64,000 bases of DNA from Terriglobia bacterium (GTDB lineage Bacteria; Acidobacteriota; Terriglobia; 2-12-FULL-54-10), in contig CAXVYR010000004.1 of the NCBI GenBank assembly GCA_963666975.2, positions 2,048,001 through 2,112,000 of the forward strand, given 5' to 3'. The notes under the pieces were generated by a model, which was not told the DNA's origin, made no database searches, and saw only the letters and a list, made by a program, of their open reading frames with translations. Each line of letters opens with the position of its first letter. The first letter of the stretch is position 1. This document shows positions 43,590-54,219 of the stretch, piece by piece. A program made the translations under genes and the position numbers.

Positions 43590-44450
43590 ATGGGTGATAT
43601 CGCAGCGCCTTTGAGCGCGGTGCCGGCAGTTCGAGAGCTGTTTTCCCCCACTAAGGCCTCCATCGTCCTGGGAATTCACCTTGGAGCCATCGCCGCAATC
43701 TGGCATACCAACTGGACAGCCGTGGGGGTCTGTGTTCTGCTCCACGGGCTTTGCGGTGGCTTGGGGATTTGCGTAGGCTATCATCGCTTGCTCACCCATC
43801 GGTCGTTCCAGTGTCCCCGCGCGCTGGAATATACTCTGGCTTTGCTTGGCGTGCTCGCCGTGCAAGGGCCGCCGATCGAGTGGGTGACCCATCACCGCCA
43901 GCACCACCAATATCCGGACCAACAAGGGGATCCCCACAGCGCTCGCGGGAGTTTCTGGTGGAGTCACATCCTGTGGATATTCTGGAACCATTCCGTCGAA
44001 TCCCTGCAGAACGGCGTCGAGCAGCGCTACGTGCCCGACTTGCTGCGGCAGCCGTTTTACGGCTTTCTGGCCCGTGCGTACGTTTGGTTGAATCTCTTGC
44101 TCGCATTGCTGTTGTACTGGCTCGGCGGATGGCCTTTTGTGGTGTGGGGCATTTTCGTTCGGCTGGTCTTGACTTACCATTGCACCTTCCTGGTGAATTC
44201 AGCCAGCCACACTTTCGGATACAAGAGTTTCCCTACCAATGATCTCTCCACCAACTGCTGGTGGGTGGCGCTGTTGTCCTACGGCGAAGGATGGCACAAC
44301 AACCACCACGCCTTTCCCACGTCGGTTCGGCACGGATTCACGGCATGGGAGCTGGACCCTTCCTACTGGTTTATCCGCTTGCTGAAAGCATTTGGGCTGG
44401 CATGGGACCTTCGTTTGCCTATGCTCGGCAAAAAATCGGCGCCCATCTGA
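43590..44450 (+). CDS. Delta-9-type fatty acid desaturase
   Basis: His boxes HRLLTH, HRQHH, HNNHH. Confidence 0.93.
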   Translation: MGDIAAPLSAVPAVRELFSPTKASIVLGIHLGAIAAIWHTNWTAVGVCVLLHGLCGGLGICVGYHRLLTHRSFQCPRALEYTLALLGVLAVQGPPIEWVTHHRQHHQYPDQQGDPHSARGSFWWSHILWIFWNHSVESLQNGVEQRYVPDLLRQPFYGFLARAYVWLNLLLALLLYWLGGWPFVVWGIFVRLVLTYHCTFLVNSASHTFGYKSFPTNDLSTNCWWVALLSYGEGWHNNHHAFPTSVRHGFTAWELDPSYWFIRLLKAFGLAWDLRLPMLGKKSAPI

Positions 44451-44594
44451 CTTTCGGATCTGCAACCCAAACCGTAACCTTTTCCGGAGAACCGTCGCTT
44501 GGGGGGATGGTGTCGCTGCTCGGTTAGGCAACTCGACGGAGCTCCGGCGTAGCATTGCCACGAGGCTTGCGGACAATAGAGCGGAGCCGATCAC

Positions 44595-45465
44595 CGTTAT
44601 TAGCAAGTTAAACTGTCCGGTATTTGTAGCAAGTGAAATGTCCGGTTTCATGATTCTACCGAGAGTGGTTTGGCGCTGACCGAAGGAGCCCGCAGGGCTA
44701 CTGAGGTTAGTGCCGAATGGTGTCGTCGGGAAGCCACGGGGCTTGTGGGCGGCGGTTGCCGGACCGGACCGCCATCCCCACAGAGGAGTAGCGGCCCACT
44801 GTGTGCGGTCCATATTGTCCCGATTGACCACCCGTTCGTGCTGGATCGAGAAGATGCGGCCTAACTCCCGTCTGGCTGACGGCAAAAAGGCGCTGCCCGG
44901 TTGGGTGGCCGGCACGGCAAAGCGCCGATTAAACTCCCCGATATAGCTCTCCCGCAGGAACTCATTCGCGGCCTCTTAGCGTCGTGATCCCCCGCAGGCG
45001 CAGTTCCTGCGGCAGCCGCCCTTTGCCAGGTCCCGAAGTTCCGCTCGCTCCGTCCCCGCGCCTGCGGCGAGCAGGCCGGAATCATCTGAATGCCCAGCTC
45101 CCGCAGCGCCCGGCCCACCTGGGTCAGCCGTTGCCGATCGACCAGATCACCCGCCTTTCGGGTCAGGAAGAAATGACTGGCCCGGTCGCTATAGAGGGCG
45201 CAAAAGATCCCCTGCTGCTCCACCACCGCATCTGCCGGTCGCTGATCCCGATGATCTCGGCTGCCTGCCACCAGTTGATTCGCTTCCCTATCGCTCGCTA
45301 GATTACTTCTTGTATCTTCATTGCCCGCTCCATATCGCCCGCTCCATCGCGGCCCTCGGGTATGACTCCCTCTCCACCTCCTGGATAGATGCTCTTAACC
45401 CAGGCCGCCTTCCAAGCGGACACTTCACTTGCGAATTCCACCGGACATATCCTCTGCTAACGACA
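44595..45465 (-). mobile_element. Degenerate ISNCY/IS481-like element
   Basis: ALYSDRASHF, SPQARGRSERNFGTWQ transposase pieces; repeated sub-terminal agcaagt..tgtccggt motifs in inverted orientation at both ends. Confidence 0.75.
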
Positions 45466-45481
45466 TCGTGCGAATATTTGC

Positions 45482-45510
45482 TTGACACAGAACGTAACAG
45501 TAACTAGTAT
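45482..45510 (+). promoter_or_regulatory. Putative sigma70 promoter of csp, giving a long 5' UTR
   Basis: TTGACA-17 nt-TAGTAT, about 170 nt upstream of the start. Confidence 0.5.
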
Positions 45511-45680
45511 ATGTGGTGGTATTGTTGTGCTTCGGCGTACTGCGAAAAGCAAGTGTTTATAGCCACCGTTTCTGCTATGGCAGTCAGGTGGCTTTTTTCT
45601 GGTCCAAACGGTCCTGCACAGCTGAGTGGTTCCCGTCGTTCCAACCCACAACGGTTTTGTAAAAGGAGGAGCAAAGTACA

Positions 45681-45893
45681 TTGTCACGCACTACCGGAAA
45701 AATAAAATGGTTTAACAACACCAAGGGTTATGGCTTCATCGGCCTAGACGACGGGGCGGACGTGTTCGTTCACTATTCCGCCGTTCAGGGAGAGGGTTAC
45801 AAGACTCTCCAAGAGGGTGATCTGGTGGAGTTCGAGGTCACTCAGGGCCAGAAGGGCCCGCAGGCGGAAGACGTAACCAAAGTAGAACCTTAA
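45681..45893 (+). CDS. csp: Cold-shock protein
   Basis: [19 protein letters not shown]; strong AAGGAGG RBS. Confidence 0.96.
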   Translation: MSRTTGKIKWFNNTKGYGFIGLDDGADVFVHYSAVQGEGYKTLQEGDLVEFEVTQGQKGPQAEDVTKVEP

Positions 45894-45936
45894 CCAGTAT
45901 AACTTCCGATTAAAAGCCAACCGGCTTTTGAAAACA

Positions 45937-45973
45937 GCCCAGCGCTCTTGAGAATAGAGATGCTGGGTTTTTT
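45937..45973 (+). terminator. Intrinsic terminator after csp
   Basis: cccagc..gctggg stem followed by a T run. Confidence 0.6.
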
Positions 45974-46047
45974 CATGTTGGGCCTGTCTGATTTCTCCTG
46001 GCGGCGGCAAAAAATGTTTTGATCTTTATATGAGTTTTCTCCAATTT

Positions 46048-46150
46048 TGACCTGCACCCGGTTGTTGATCAACTTTCTATGTTGGTCCATACGCCGTTGC
46101 AGCCGGGTGGAGCGGCTGGTAGCCCAACGCGCTGTGCGGGCGAACGTTGT
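46048..46150 (-). mobile_element. Right-end remnant of an IS407-like element
   Basis: Near-identical to the reverse complement of 31920-32065, with an internal deletion. Confidence 0.8.
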
Positions 46151-46152
46151 TT

Positions 46153-46435
46153 TACACAGCGCCGCCATGACGCCGCACAGCGCACTTGGAAAAAGCCTGA
46201 ACAATCCACATGGATTACTGAAAAGGAATATCTCGAACAGATACAGCCCCGTCTTGCAGGGGTTACACTCTCGGTCTTGTCATCGACACTCGGCATTTCT
46301 GAGCCTTACGCAGTTGCTATCCGTGCAGGGAGGCGGGTTCCGCATCCACGACATTGGCAGACGCTGGCACGGCTTGTTGGAATCGGGCCGAGAGGAGATG
46401 AAATGGCGTCGAAAACTGCAGTGGAACAATTTTGA
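46153..46435 (+). pseudogene. HTH-containing C-terminal fragment resembling the tail of solo-Cas1/casposase-like proteins
   Basis: TQRRHDAAQRTW..WITEKEYLEQIQPRLAGVTLSVLSSTLGISEPYAVAIRAGRRVPHPRHWQTLARLVG; recognised from memory, not searched. Confidence 0.55.
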
Positions 46436-47062
46436 TCTCTCCAATCTGTCGATTTACAATCACGAACTGCTGAACGGGACGCTTTGCACAGGACGGAAAG
46501 GGTTTTGGCTCAATTTTTGGAAAGCCGACCACTCGACCTCCTTGCAATACCAGGACGCTCCCTCGATCTGCTCTGAGCTATTGCAGAAGGAACTGGATAG
46601 CGAAACCCAAGAATCGCTCGCCAAATCCCGCCTGAATATCGGCGAGCAGTATTTAGGGGAATACATGGAACGGCACTATCATCGTAAACGCTCGTAAGCA
46701 GGAACCTTACCGCCACGCTCCAACTCTCAGATTTCCTACGCGGCTGGCTTGTATCTTTACGGCAGCCAAAACCATGTGATCTTTGCACAGCCAATCGGGA
46801 CCCCTCACTGTGATGTACATTCGCACTACGAGTGGCACAAAAGATCGGTCTGGTCAACAGGAATGGCCACGGGAGACGTGGGGGCCGCGTCAGATTCATA
46901 CACATTCTTCTCATTGCTGATCCTTAAGTTTTGAGCGGAAAAACTGGAAGCCCGCGCCAAGGCCGTCCGGGCCAAGCACGCCGAATGACAAGCCCGCAGC
47001 AGGGGTCTTCATTAAGCGTTACTGAAAACTCGACAGCGACCAGTTATCAAAACGGATCCGGT

Positions 47063-47812
47063 CTAAATGGCTTTCATGCGCTCGTACAATGGCGCTGCCT
47101 TTTTGTCCTTGCCTTGGGCACGGTAGAGGTCCGTAAGGTTTCTGAGTCGCGTGGCCACTTTGGGGTGGTTAGGTCCGAAGACCTTCTCCACAATCGCGAG
47201 CGACCGCTTATACAAAGGCTCCGCCTCGCCGTACCTTTCCTGGTCGTGGTAGAGACTGGCAAGGTTGTTGAGGATGGTGGCCGTCTCGCGGTGTTGATCT
47301 CCTGCTGTCTTCTTGCTGACTTTTAACGCTCGCTTGTATAGCCGCTCGGCTACCTCATAATTCTCTTGGGAATGGTAGAGTGCCGCAAGCTTGTTCAACA
47401 TCCCGACCGTCTGGGGGATATTGGATAAAAGCCTTGATGATTCTTGCTCGGGCAAAAGGAGTAGCAGCGCCTCACTTGTTCGGATTTCGGACATTTGCGG
47501 AGAAAGGTTCTGGACAGGCGAGCAAGGAAGAGTGATTGCCTCGTCACCCGCGGATCCACGGTCGGCATCTTCGGTAAGAACCAACACCGCCACTCCTGGG
47601 GAAGCAATTTGCAATTTCCGTACAATCTGTTCTGAGCTGTTTTCGCCTAACAGGGAGTCTGCCAGCACTAAGACATAGGCTTCTTGACGTAAAAGGTTCT
47701 TAGCTTCTGAATAAGAGCCCGCGGTTGCACAGCTATGTCCTGCGAACTCTAATACCAAAGCCAGACCTTCCCTTTCCTTTGGATGATTTCCAAGTACAAG
47801 AATTTTTGCCAT
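47063..47812 (-). CDS. Atypical receiver domain fused to kinesin-light-chain-type TPRs
   Basis: N-terminal REC-like fold; LNNLASLYHDQERYGEAEPLYKRSLAI..GPNHP. Confidence 0.75.
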   Translation of the reverse strand: MAKILVLGNHPKEREGLALVLEFAGHSCATAGSYSEAKNLLRQEAYVLVLADSLLGENSSEQIVRKLQIASPGVAVLVLTEDADRGSAGDEAITLPCSPVQNLSPQMSEIRTSEALLLLLPEQESSRLLSNIPQTVGMLNKLAALYHSQENYEVAERLYKRALKVSKKTAGDQHRETATILNNLASLYHDQERYGEAEPLYKRSLAIVEKVFGPNHPKVATRLRNLTDLYRAQGKDKKAAPLYERMKAI

Positions 47813-48188
47813 GTTTCACCCGGAATTTCCTTTTGGGCCCTTCCGGCTCGCGAGTATACACCCATCAGCCTCCAACTGAGCCCTTCCAGCGCAGTTTTGC
47901 TCTCAGGGGGCTCCGAGCGGGCATCCAGATCCTGAAAATCTGTGGGCCCAGCTTCCAGAACCAGCTTTTTCAGACACCCCTCCATTCCTGGGAGATAGCA
48001 GAATCGATTTCGACACATGAGAAACCCCGGCAATTTTGCGATGCCAATTTGCCGGGGCTACCGCTTCTCTCCTGCCATTGACAAGAAAGCATTGACGGAA
48101 TTCAACTGTCTTGGTACGCTGCCGTCGCAAAGATTTGTCATTTACCGGGTTGCTTTCCACGAAGCACCGTGATCGGAAAGGGTAGCGA

Positions 48189-49163
48189 ATGGAGGGAAAA
48201 AGGATGGGGATCTCAAAGAGGAAGTTCCTTGCGGGCTCCGTGATAGGCTTTGCCCTCTTGTCTCTGTTCAGTCCAATAATAGCCTATGGAAGATGCATGG
48301 AGAACCCCAAGTTCGTCGATGTCGGGGGGATCAAGACACGATACTTTGAAGGAGGAAGCGGAGAAACCCTGGTGCTGGTGCACGGGGGCCAATTCGGGAG
48401 CAACTACTCTGCAGATGTGTGGAGTTTGAATTTTGACATTCTATGCGAACATTTCCACGTGTACGCATTCGACAAACTGGGTCAAGGCGATACGGACAAC
48501 CCCAAGAACGACGCCGACTACACCATGAAAGCAGTCATCCAGCACACTTATCAGTTCCTTCGCACGATGGGCATCCAGAGAGCGAATCTCCTGGGACACT
48601 CTCGAGGCGCCCTGCCTGTAGCACGCATTGCGGTTGATCATCCAGATATGGTGAAGAACCTGATTATCCTGGACAGCAGCACCCTCGCACCTTATGATCC
48701 GGCTGCCGCAGCCGCCCAGAGAAAACTGGTGGAAGAAACTTCTGCAAATGCACCGCCGACCCCAACCAGGGAATTCCTGCGCCGGGAACCGGAATACAGT
48801 TCCTATTTGAAAGACCATATCACCGATGCGTTTATCGAGAAGAACTTAAGGGTTGCTTTGCTTCCAAAGATGGCTGAAGCTCGAAAAAAAAGTCGCTTGC
48901 CCGATGTAGAGAAAGTAAAAAACGAAACCCTAGACTTAATCAAGGCCGGACATCTGAAGGCAGACACACTGATCATCTGGGGGTTTAATGATCGTACCGC
49001 CCCGTATTCGCTAGGCATAGAACTTTTGAAGATCATTTCTCCGGTCGTCGACCGGACCCAATTACACATTTTTAATCAGGCTGGGCATTACGTATATAGA
49101 GAACACCCTGCTGAGGTTGACCGGCTCATCGTGGAGTTCATTAAAGGCCCATCCTCAAATTAA
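48189..49163 (+). CDS. Alpha/beta hydrolase with signal peptide
   Basis: VLVHGG, GHSRG nucleophile elbow, WGFND, AGH. Confidence 0.9.
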   Translation: MEGKRMGISKRKFLAGSVIGFALLSLFSPIIAYGRCMENPKFVDVGGIKTRYFEGGSGETLVLVHGGQFGSNYSADVWSLNFDILCEHFHVYAFDKLGQGDTDNPKNDADYTMKAVIQHTYQFLRTMGIQRANLLGHSRGALPVARIAVDHPDMVKNLIILDSSTLAPYDPAAAAAQRKLVEETSANAPPTPTREFLRREPEYSSYLKDHITDAFIEKNLRVALLPKMAEARKKSRLPDVEKVKNETLDLIKAGHLKADTLIIWGFNDRTAPYSLGIELLKIISPVVDRTQLHIFNQAGHYVYREHPAEVDRLIVEFIKGPSSN

Positions 49164-49183
49164 GTCTGGGGTTGGCTCTTTAT

Positions 49184-50039
49184 CCCGGATTTCCGTTTTA
49201 AACCTCCAAAGCTAATCTTATACTGACCTCCGACGCCGATATTTATGCTGGTTCCAGCGTCAATACAGCTTCCGGAGGTGAAAACCCAGTGGGCGAGAGG
49301 CGAAATCAGCCCTTGCAGTTCTCTTTCAATCTGTGTTGAAGGTCGAATTCCAGGGGTCGCGGGTTACATCCGACGGCGGCCTCATTCTGGTACGCGAGTT
49401 GGATGAGCGTTTGGGATTCAGCAAACTCATCGCGCAGCACTTGACCGACTCTCGGGGCATGAACACAAAGTTCGCTCTAGCCGACATGGTCCGGCAATCG
49501 GTTTACAGCCGGTTGGCGGGATATGAAGACATGAATGACGCGGCTGATCTGCCGCCGGTTCCGGTCGAACGAGGTGCGGCTGTGGCTGACCATCATTGCC
49601 TATACCCTGGGCAACCTTTGGCGGCGACTTGTATTGCCACAGAGGATCGGGAACTGGCCGTTGACGAGCTTGCAGCAGCGGTTGGTGAAGACCGGAGGTC
49701 GGCTGGTGAAACATGCGCGCTATTACTGGCTTTTGCTGGCCAAAGGGCACTTGAGCCGGAGACGGTTCAGCAGCATGCTGCGAACGATCTCGGCACTGCC
49801 GCTGCCAGACGGCTAGCGACCCAGGAGAGAGGGGAATTTAGCTGTTCAGAAGTGGTCAGGTGGATGAGCGTCAGCGGCGAGGCAGGCTGGGGAGGGCAAA
49901 ACCCGCACAGCAACTCCGCAGAACGGCCAAAACGAGCTGCACTACCACCTCAAAGAAGCCAGGGCGATTTGCCCTTGACACGGCAGGGTAGAAGACATAG
50001 GTTTTCGGGTGAGGTGGAGCTCATAATGGAAATTCCGGT
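49184..50039 (+). mobile_element. Internally deleted IS1380-family element
   Basis: TSDGGLILVRELDERLG..AGYEDMNDA joined directly to C-terminal RFRSNEVRL..RLVKTGGRLVKHAR; inverted ends ccggatttcc / ggaaattccgg. Confidence 0.8.
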
Positions 50040-50060
50040 TAAAAGGTGAGGAGGGTAAAG

Positions 50061-51989
50061 ATGAAAGGGAGGAAAATGGGCAGTCTGTTTGTGGTTCTGG
50101 GATGGGCGCTGGTGGCCAGTTTTTCATTGCAAGCCCAGCAAGCACCCTCCGATATGATCTTTGTTAACGGCAAGATCGTCACTGTGGATGACAGCAGCTT
50201 CAATTCTAACTTGGGGACCATTGCCCAGGCCATGCACGTGAAAGATGGAAAGATTTTGCACGTCGGAACCAACAACCAGATTCGCCCCATGGCGGGTTCT
50301 GACACCAAAATCGTTGATCTGAAGGGGCGAACGATGCTTCCGGGGTTCATCCTAACCCATGAGCATCCCTGGGATTGGAGTCCGGTATCCCCGCCAATCA
50401 TCCAGAAGGTTCTCACGGATGACATCGTCGTAACACGGGCGCTGACGGGGAGTCCGGATGAAAACCTTAAGGCATTTCCAGGGGTGTTGTCGGAGGCGGT
50501 GAGCAAAGCCAAGCCGGGGCAGTGGATTTACATCGTGTTTACTCTGGGCAGAAATTATGAGTACAGCCTGGGCGGGAACGGCGGCTATGGAAGAAACGGG
50601 CTTGACCCCGCAGTGTTTAATGTCCTGGATGGCGAACGGATCACTACAGAACAACTCGATGCGGCAGCTCCAAACAATTTTGTCCTGTTGCGAGATGTCT
50701 TCGTATCAACCGTCATGAACCAGAAGGCAATCGATGCCGGGATCGAAGCGTTCCCGGACCCCTGCACCAATTCTTTGGTACCTAACCCTAACAATGAGAC
50801 GGAATGTGCCAATTCGCCTGCCCGCATGCCCATGCGGTGGATGGCTGAGGACGTGATGCTAAAGGATCATTATTCTCAATTGGTGGAGATTCAACGCTTG
50901 GGGTTGGAATGGTGGGCTGGCTATGGGATGACCGCTTATGCCTCCAATGCTTACTCTCCTTCCAATCTAAAGGTTTATAAGGATCTGGACGGCAGAGGGC
51001 AGATGCCCATCCGAAATATGTGGACCTGGAACTGGCATCCAGAAATGTTCAAAGATCCCTTCTTGCTAACCAGCGTGGCAACCCGTACAGGAGAGGGGAG
51101 TGATTATTTATGGTATGGAGGGGCGACGATTGCCGTCGGGCGTGGTTGCACCCAAGCGAAGCCTCTGGCCAGTTCCAAGTTGGTCCAGAATAGTGCCATG
51201 CAGGTAGAACAGCGTATTTCTTCCTGTGCCTATGCTCCGGGCTCAGTCCCGGCAAGATTGCTGTATGACTATGTCCAGGCTGGCGGTCGATTTGTAAATC
51301 TGCACACCATCGGAGATGGGGACATTGACAACATCATGAACGTTATTGTGAGGGCCAGCAAGGACGCTGGAATGACGGACGAGGAAATTCGGGCGAAACG
51401 GCACGGTTTCGACCATACTACGATGTGGCCTCGCCCCGATCAGATTCCGATGATGAAGCAATACAACTTCCTGGCCAGTGGCGATGGTTACGAAGTTGTA
51501 CAGGCTTCTCCGGCGGTTTTCGATATCTTCGGGGAAAGGGTGGCGGGCTGGATCGTTCCCAAGAGACGGCTGGTCGAGGGGGGGATCTATAACACCATCG
51601 AAGTAGACCGCGCCCTTCCCACCACGGATCTGTCCATTTTCTCGGGGGGTATATCTCCGATCATCACCCGGAAGAGTTGGGATGGAAAGGTGTATGCTTC
51701 CGGCCAACGGGTGGATCGGGAAACCGCGTTGAAAATTGCCTCCACCTGGGGCGCCTACTACGTATTGCGGGAGAATGAATTGGGTTCCCTCGAGCCGGGT
51801 AAGTGGGCCGATTTCATGGTGCTGGATCGCGACTACCTCACTATTCCCGAGGACGACATCGCCAACATTCGGGTCTTAATGACCATGGTGGGCGGCAAGG
51901 TCGTGCACTTGGTTCCTTCCATGGCTCGGGAGATCGGCTTGCAATCGGCGGGAGCGATGGTACAGCTCGGCCCCGCTGCCCAATGGTAA
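50061..51989 (+). CDS. Secreted amidohydrolase-3 family protein
   Basis: NGKIVTVD, DLKGRTMLPGFILTHEH, HTIGD, GSLEPGKWADF. Confidence 0.88.
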   Translation: MKGRKMGSLFVVLGWALVASFSLQAQQAPSDMIFVNGKIVTVDDSSFNSNLGTIAQAMHVKDGKILHVGTNNQIRPMAGSDTKIVDLKGRTMLPGFILTHEHPWDWSPVSPPIIQKVLTDDIVVTRALTGSPDENLKAFPGVLSEAVSKAKPGQWIYIVFTLGRNYEYSLGGNGGYGRNGLDPAVFNVLDGERITTEQLDAAAPNNFVLLRDVFVSTVMNQKAIDAGIEAFPDPCTNSLVPNPNNETECANSPARMPMRWMAEDVMLKDHYSQLVEIQRLGLEWWAGYGMTAYASNAYSPSNLKVYKDLDGRGQMPIRNMWTWNWHPEMFKDPFLLTSVATRTGEGSDYLWYGGATIAVGRGCTQAKPLASSKLVQNSAMQVEQRISSCAYAPGSVPARLLYDYVQAGGRFVNLHTIGDGDIDNIMNVIVRASKDAGMTDEEIRAKRHGFDHTTMWPRPDQIPMMKQYNFLASGDGYEVVQASPAVFDIFGERVAGWIVPKRRLVEGGIYNTIEVDRALPTTDLSIFSGGISPIITRKSWDGKVYASGQRVDRETALKIASTWGAYYVLRENELGSLEPGKWADFMVLDRDYLTIPEDDIANIRVLMTMVGGKVVHLVPSMAREIGLQSAGAMVQLGPAAQW

Positions 51990-52059
51990 ACTGGTTGGAG
52001 TTTTTCCGAACAGGAGCCGTTGTCGAAAAGTAACTGCGGGAAAGCGTGAAGTCCACGCA

Positions 52060-52103
52060 AAAAGCCGGGTTCCCGGGAAGAGGAATTCCCAGCCCGGCTT
52101 TTT
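52060..52103 (+). terminator. Intrinsic (possibly bidirectional) terminator
   Basis: aaaagccggg..cccggctttt stem. Confidence 0.7.
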
Positions 52104-52319
52104 GCCGCTTTTGCCCCGCCAGCCCAGGAAATTTACACCGGTTAAAGAGTTGAAGCGGCGGGCGCCTGCGGGGAATTAATAATTGGAAAAGCCCATCTCC
52201 TCAGCTGAACCGCTCACCCCGACATAGATAAGATTTCGGGCAATCATGAAAGGGCACACAGTTGCTCTTCGCCTGGGCAGGATGGGCACGCCCGGCCGTT
52301 ATTATTGGGGATACCCCGA

Positions 52320-53990
52320 ATGCAGACGTTCAACGCCATACTGTCAGCGGTCAACGGCATCCTTTGGCACGACGCGGTCCTCTACGTCATCCTCGGCGTC
52401 GGCGCGCTCCTGGTAATCTGGACCAAGTTCGGGCCCCTCGTTGCGCTCACACACGGCGTAGCCATCATCCGGGGCAAGTTCGACGACAAGAATGACCCGG
52501 GCGCAATCAACCACTTCCAAGCTCTTTCAGCAGCCCTTTCAGCAACGGTCGGCCTCGGCAACATCGGCGGGGTCGCAGTGGCGATCTCACTGGGTGGCCC
52601 CGGAGCCGTGTTCTGGATGTGGGTCATCGGCATCGTCGGGATGGCGCTCAAGATGACCGAAGTCACCCAGTCCATGCTCTACCGGAACACGGCCGACCCG
52701 GACAACCCGCACGGTGGACCGATGTTTGTCGTCAGCCATGGACTGGCAGCGATGAACCCTGCGCTTGCGGGCCTCGGACGCTGGATCGGGTATGTCTTCT
52801 GTGTCACGTTGCTCATTTCGACAGTCACGGGCGGCAACATGTTCCAGGCATGGAATGCGGGCAACGTAACGGAACTGAATTTTGGCGTTCCGGAGCTGCT
52901 CACGGGTCTCGTTCTAGCCGTTATCACGGCGCTCGTGATCATCGGCGGGATCAAACGGATCGGCGCGGTCGCCGGCAGGCTCGTACCGTTCATGTGTGGA
53001 CTGTATCTGGTGGCAAGCGCTTACGTCCTGATTGTCAACTTTGCGGGCATTCCCGATCTGATTCGGTTGATCGTCACATCAGCCTTCAACCCCGTCGAAG
53101 CCCAGGGAGCCTTCCTCGGAGGCACATCCGGCTATGCCTTTCTTTGGGGTATGAAGCGGGCCCTTTTCTCGAACGAGGCCGGTCAGGGCTCTGCGCCCAT
53201 CGTGCATTGCGCAGCGCGAACCGACGAACCCGTGCGCGAGGGGATCGTCGCCGGCTTGGAACCGTTCATCGATACGATCATCGTCTGTACGCTGACCGCG
53301 CTCGTCATCCTGTCCAGCGGAGCCTGGAACCGGCCACCCGACGCAATGTTGGAAACTCCGGTGGTGGTTGAGGCGGAGTCAGGTCAGTGGACTCTTGAGT
53401 CGGGACTACTGCCGCCGAACCCCCTCTGGCAGGCAGGGCAGGACGTTTTTACGGTCCTCGACACCGGCCTCGTAAGCGAACAGACCGGGGCATCGCTGGT
53501 CGAGCTCTTCGGAATGGTGCAGGAATCCAACGGAGAGTACAGCGTTGAGTGGGGCGCCTACACCGGCAACCGGGCCCCTACCATCCACACGGGCGGCGTC
53601 TACGTCGTTTACACCGGCGCCAGTCTGACTAGCTACGCCTTCGATCGCGTGCGTCCGGGCCTCGGCCGTTGGCTCGTGACACTCGCTTCGTGGCTCTTCG
53701 CGGTCTCCACAATGATCTCGTGGAGCTATTATGGAGAGCAGGGCATCGTTTTTATGCTGGGCACCAAGTGGGTTCGAACTTACAAGATCATCTACTGCCT
53801 GCTCATCCTCGTGGCTACTTCCGGGTTCGTCACGACGGACGCGGAACTGGATGCGCTGACCGGGCTGGGGACGGGATTCATGCTTTTCGCCAACATTCCG
53901 ATCATCCTGATTTTCAGCCGTCAGGCAATGACCAAGTACCACGAGTACATCGGGCGGTTGCGCTCCGGCAAGATGCAGCCTAACGCGTAA
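52320..53990 (+). CDS. Alanine/glycine:cation symporter (AgcS family)
   Basis: ATVGLGNIGGVA, GGPGAVFWMW, FSNEAGQGSAP, EPFIDT. Confidence 0.93.
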   Translation: MQTFNAILSAVNGILWHDAVLYVILGVGALLVIWTKFGPLVALTHGVAIIRGKFDDKNDPGAINHFQALSAALSATVGLGNIGGVAVAISLGGPGAVFWMWVIGIVGMALKMTEVTQSMLYRNTADPDNPHGGPMFVVSHGLAAMNPALAGLGRWIGYVFCVTLLISTVTGGNMFQAWNAGNVTELNFGVPELLTGLVLAVITALVIIGGIKRIGAVAGRLVPFMCGLYLVASAYVLIVNFAGIPDLIRLIVTSAFNPVEAQGAFLGGTSGYAFLWGMKRALFSNEAGQGSAPIVHCAARTDEPVREGIVAGLEPFIDTIIVCTLTALVILSSGAWNRPPDAMLETPVVVEAESGQWTLESGLLPPNPLWQAGQDVFTVLDTGLVSEQTGASLVELFGMVQESNGEYSVEWGAYTGNRAPTIHTGGVYVVYTGASLTSYAFDRVRPGLGRWLVTLASWLFAVSTMISWSYYGEQGIVFMLGTKWVRTYKIIYCLLILVATSGFVTTDAELDALTGLGTGFMLFANIPIILIFSRQAMTKYHEYIGRLRSGKMQPNA

Positions 53991-54138
53991 TTCAAGGCGT
54001 GCGGCAGTTCCGGCGCGTACCCCCATCAATGCCAATCAATAGAGGTACCCGCTACGTTTTCGGCTACAGTGCTAAAAATCTCAGTGAAAATGGTGGTCAG
54101 TGGGGTGGTTTAACCCGCAACAGGTCAACAAGATGGAA

Positions 54139-54216
54139 TGGTAGGCGCGAGAGGGCTCGAACCTCCGACCTCTACCGTGTCAAGGTAGCGCTCTAACCAA
54201 ACTGAGCTACGCGCCT
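54139..54216 (-). tRNA. tRNA-Val (GAC)
   Basis: AGGCGCG acceptor stem, CTACC-TTGACAC-GGTAG anticodon arm, GGTTCGAG T-loop, encoded CCA. Confidence 0.97.
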
Positions 54217-54219
54217 AAA

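Noticed and set aside
52105-52319. Glycine riboswitch upstream of the AgcS symporter
   Set aside because: Expected tandem aptamer motifs (GGAGA, GAAG, CUCUCAGG) not found in the proper arrangement
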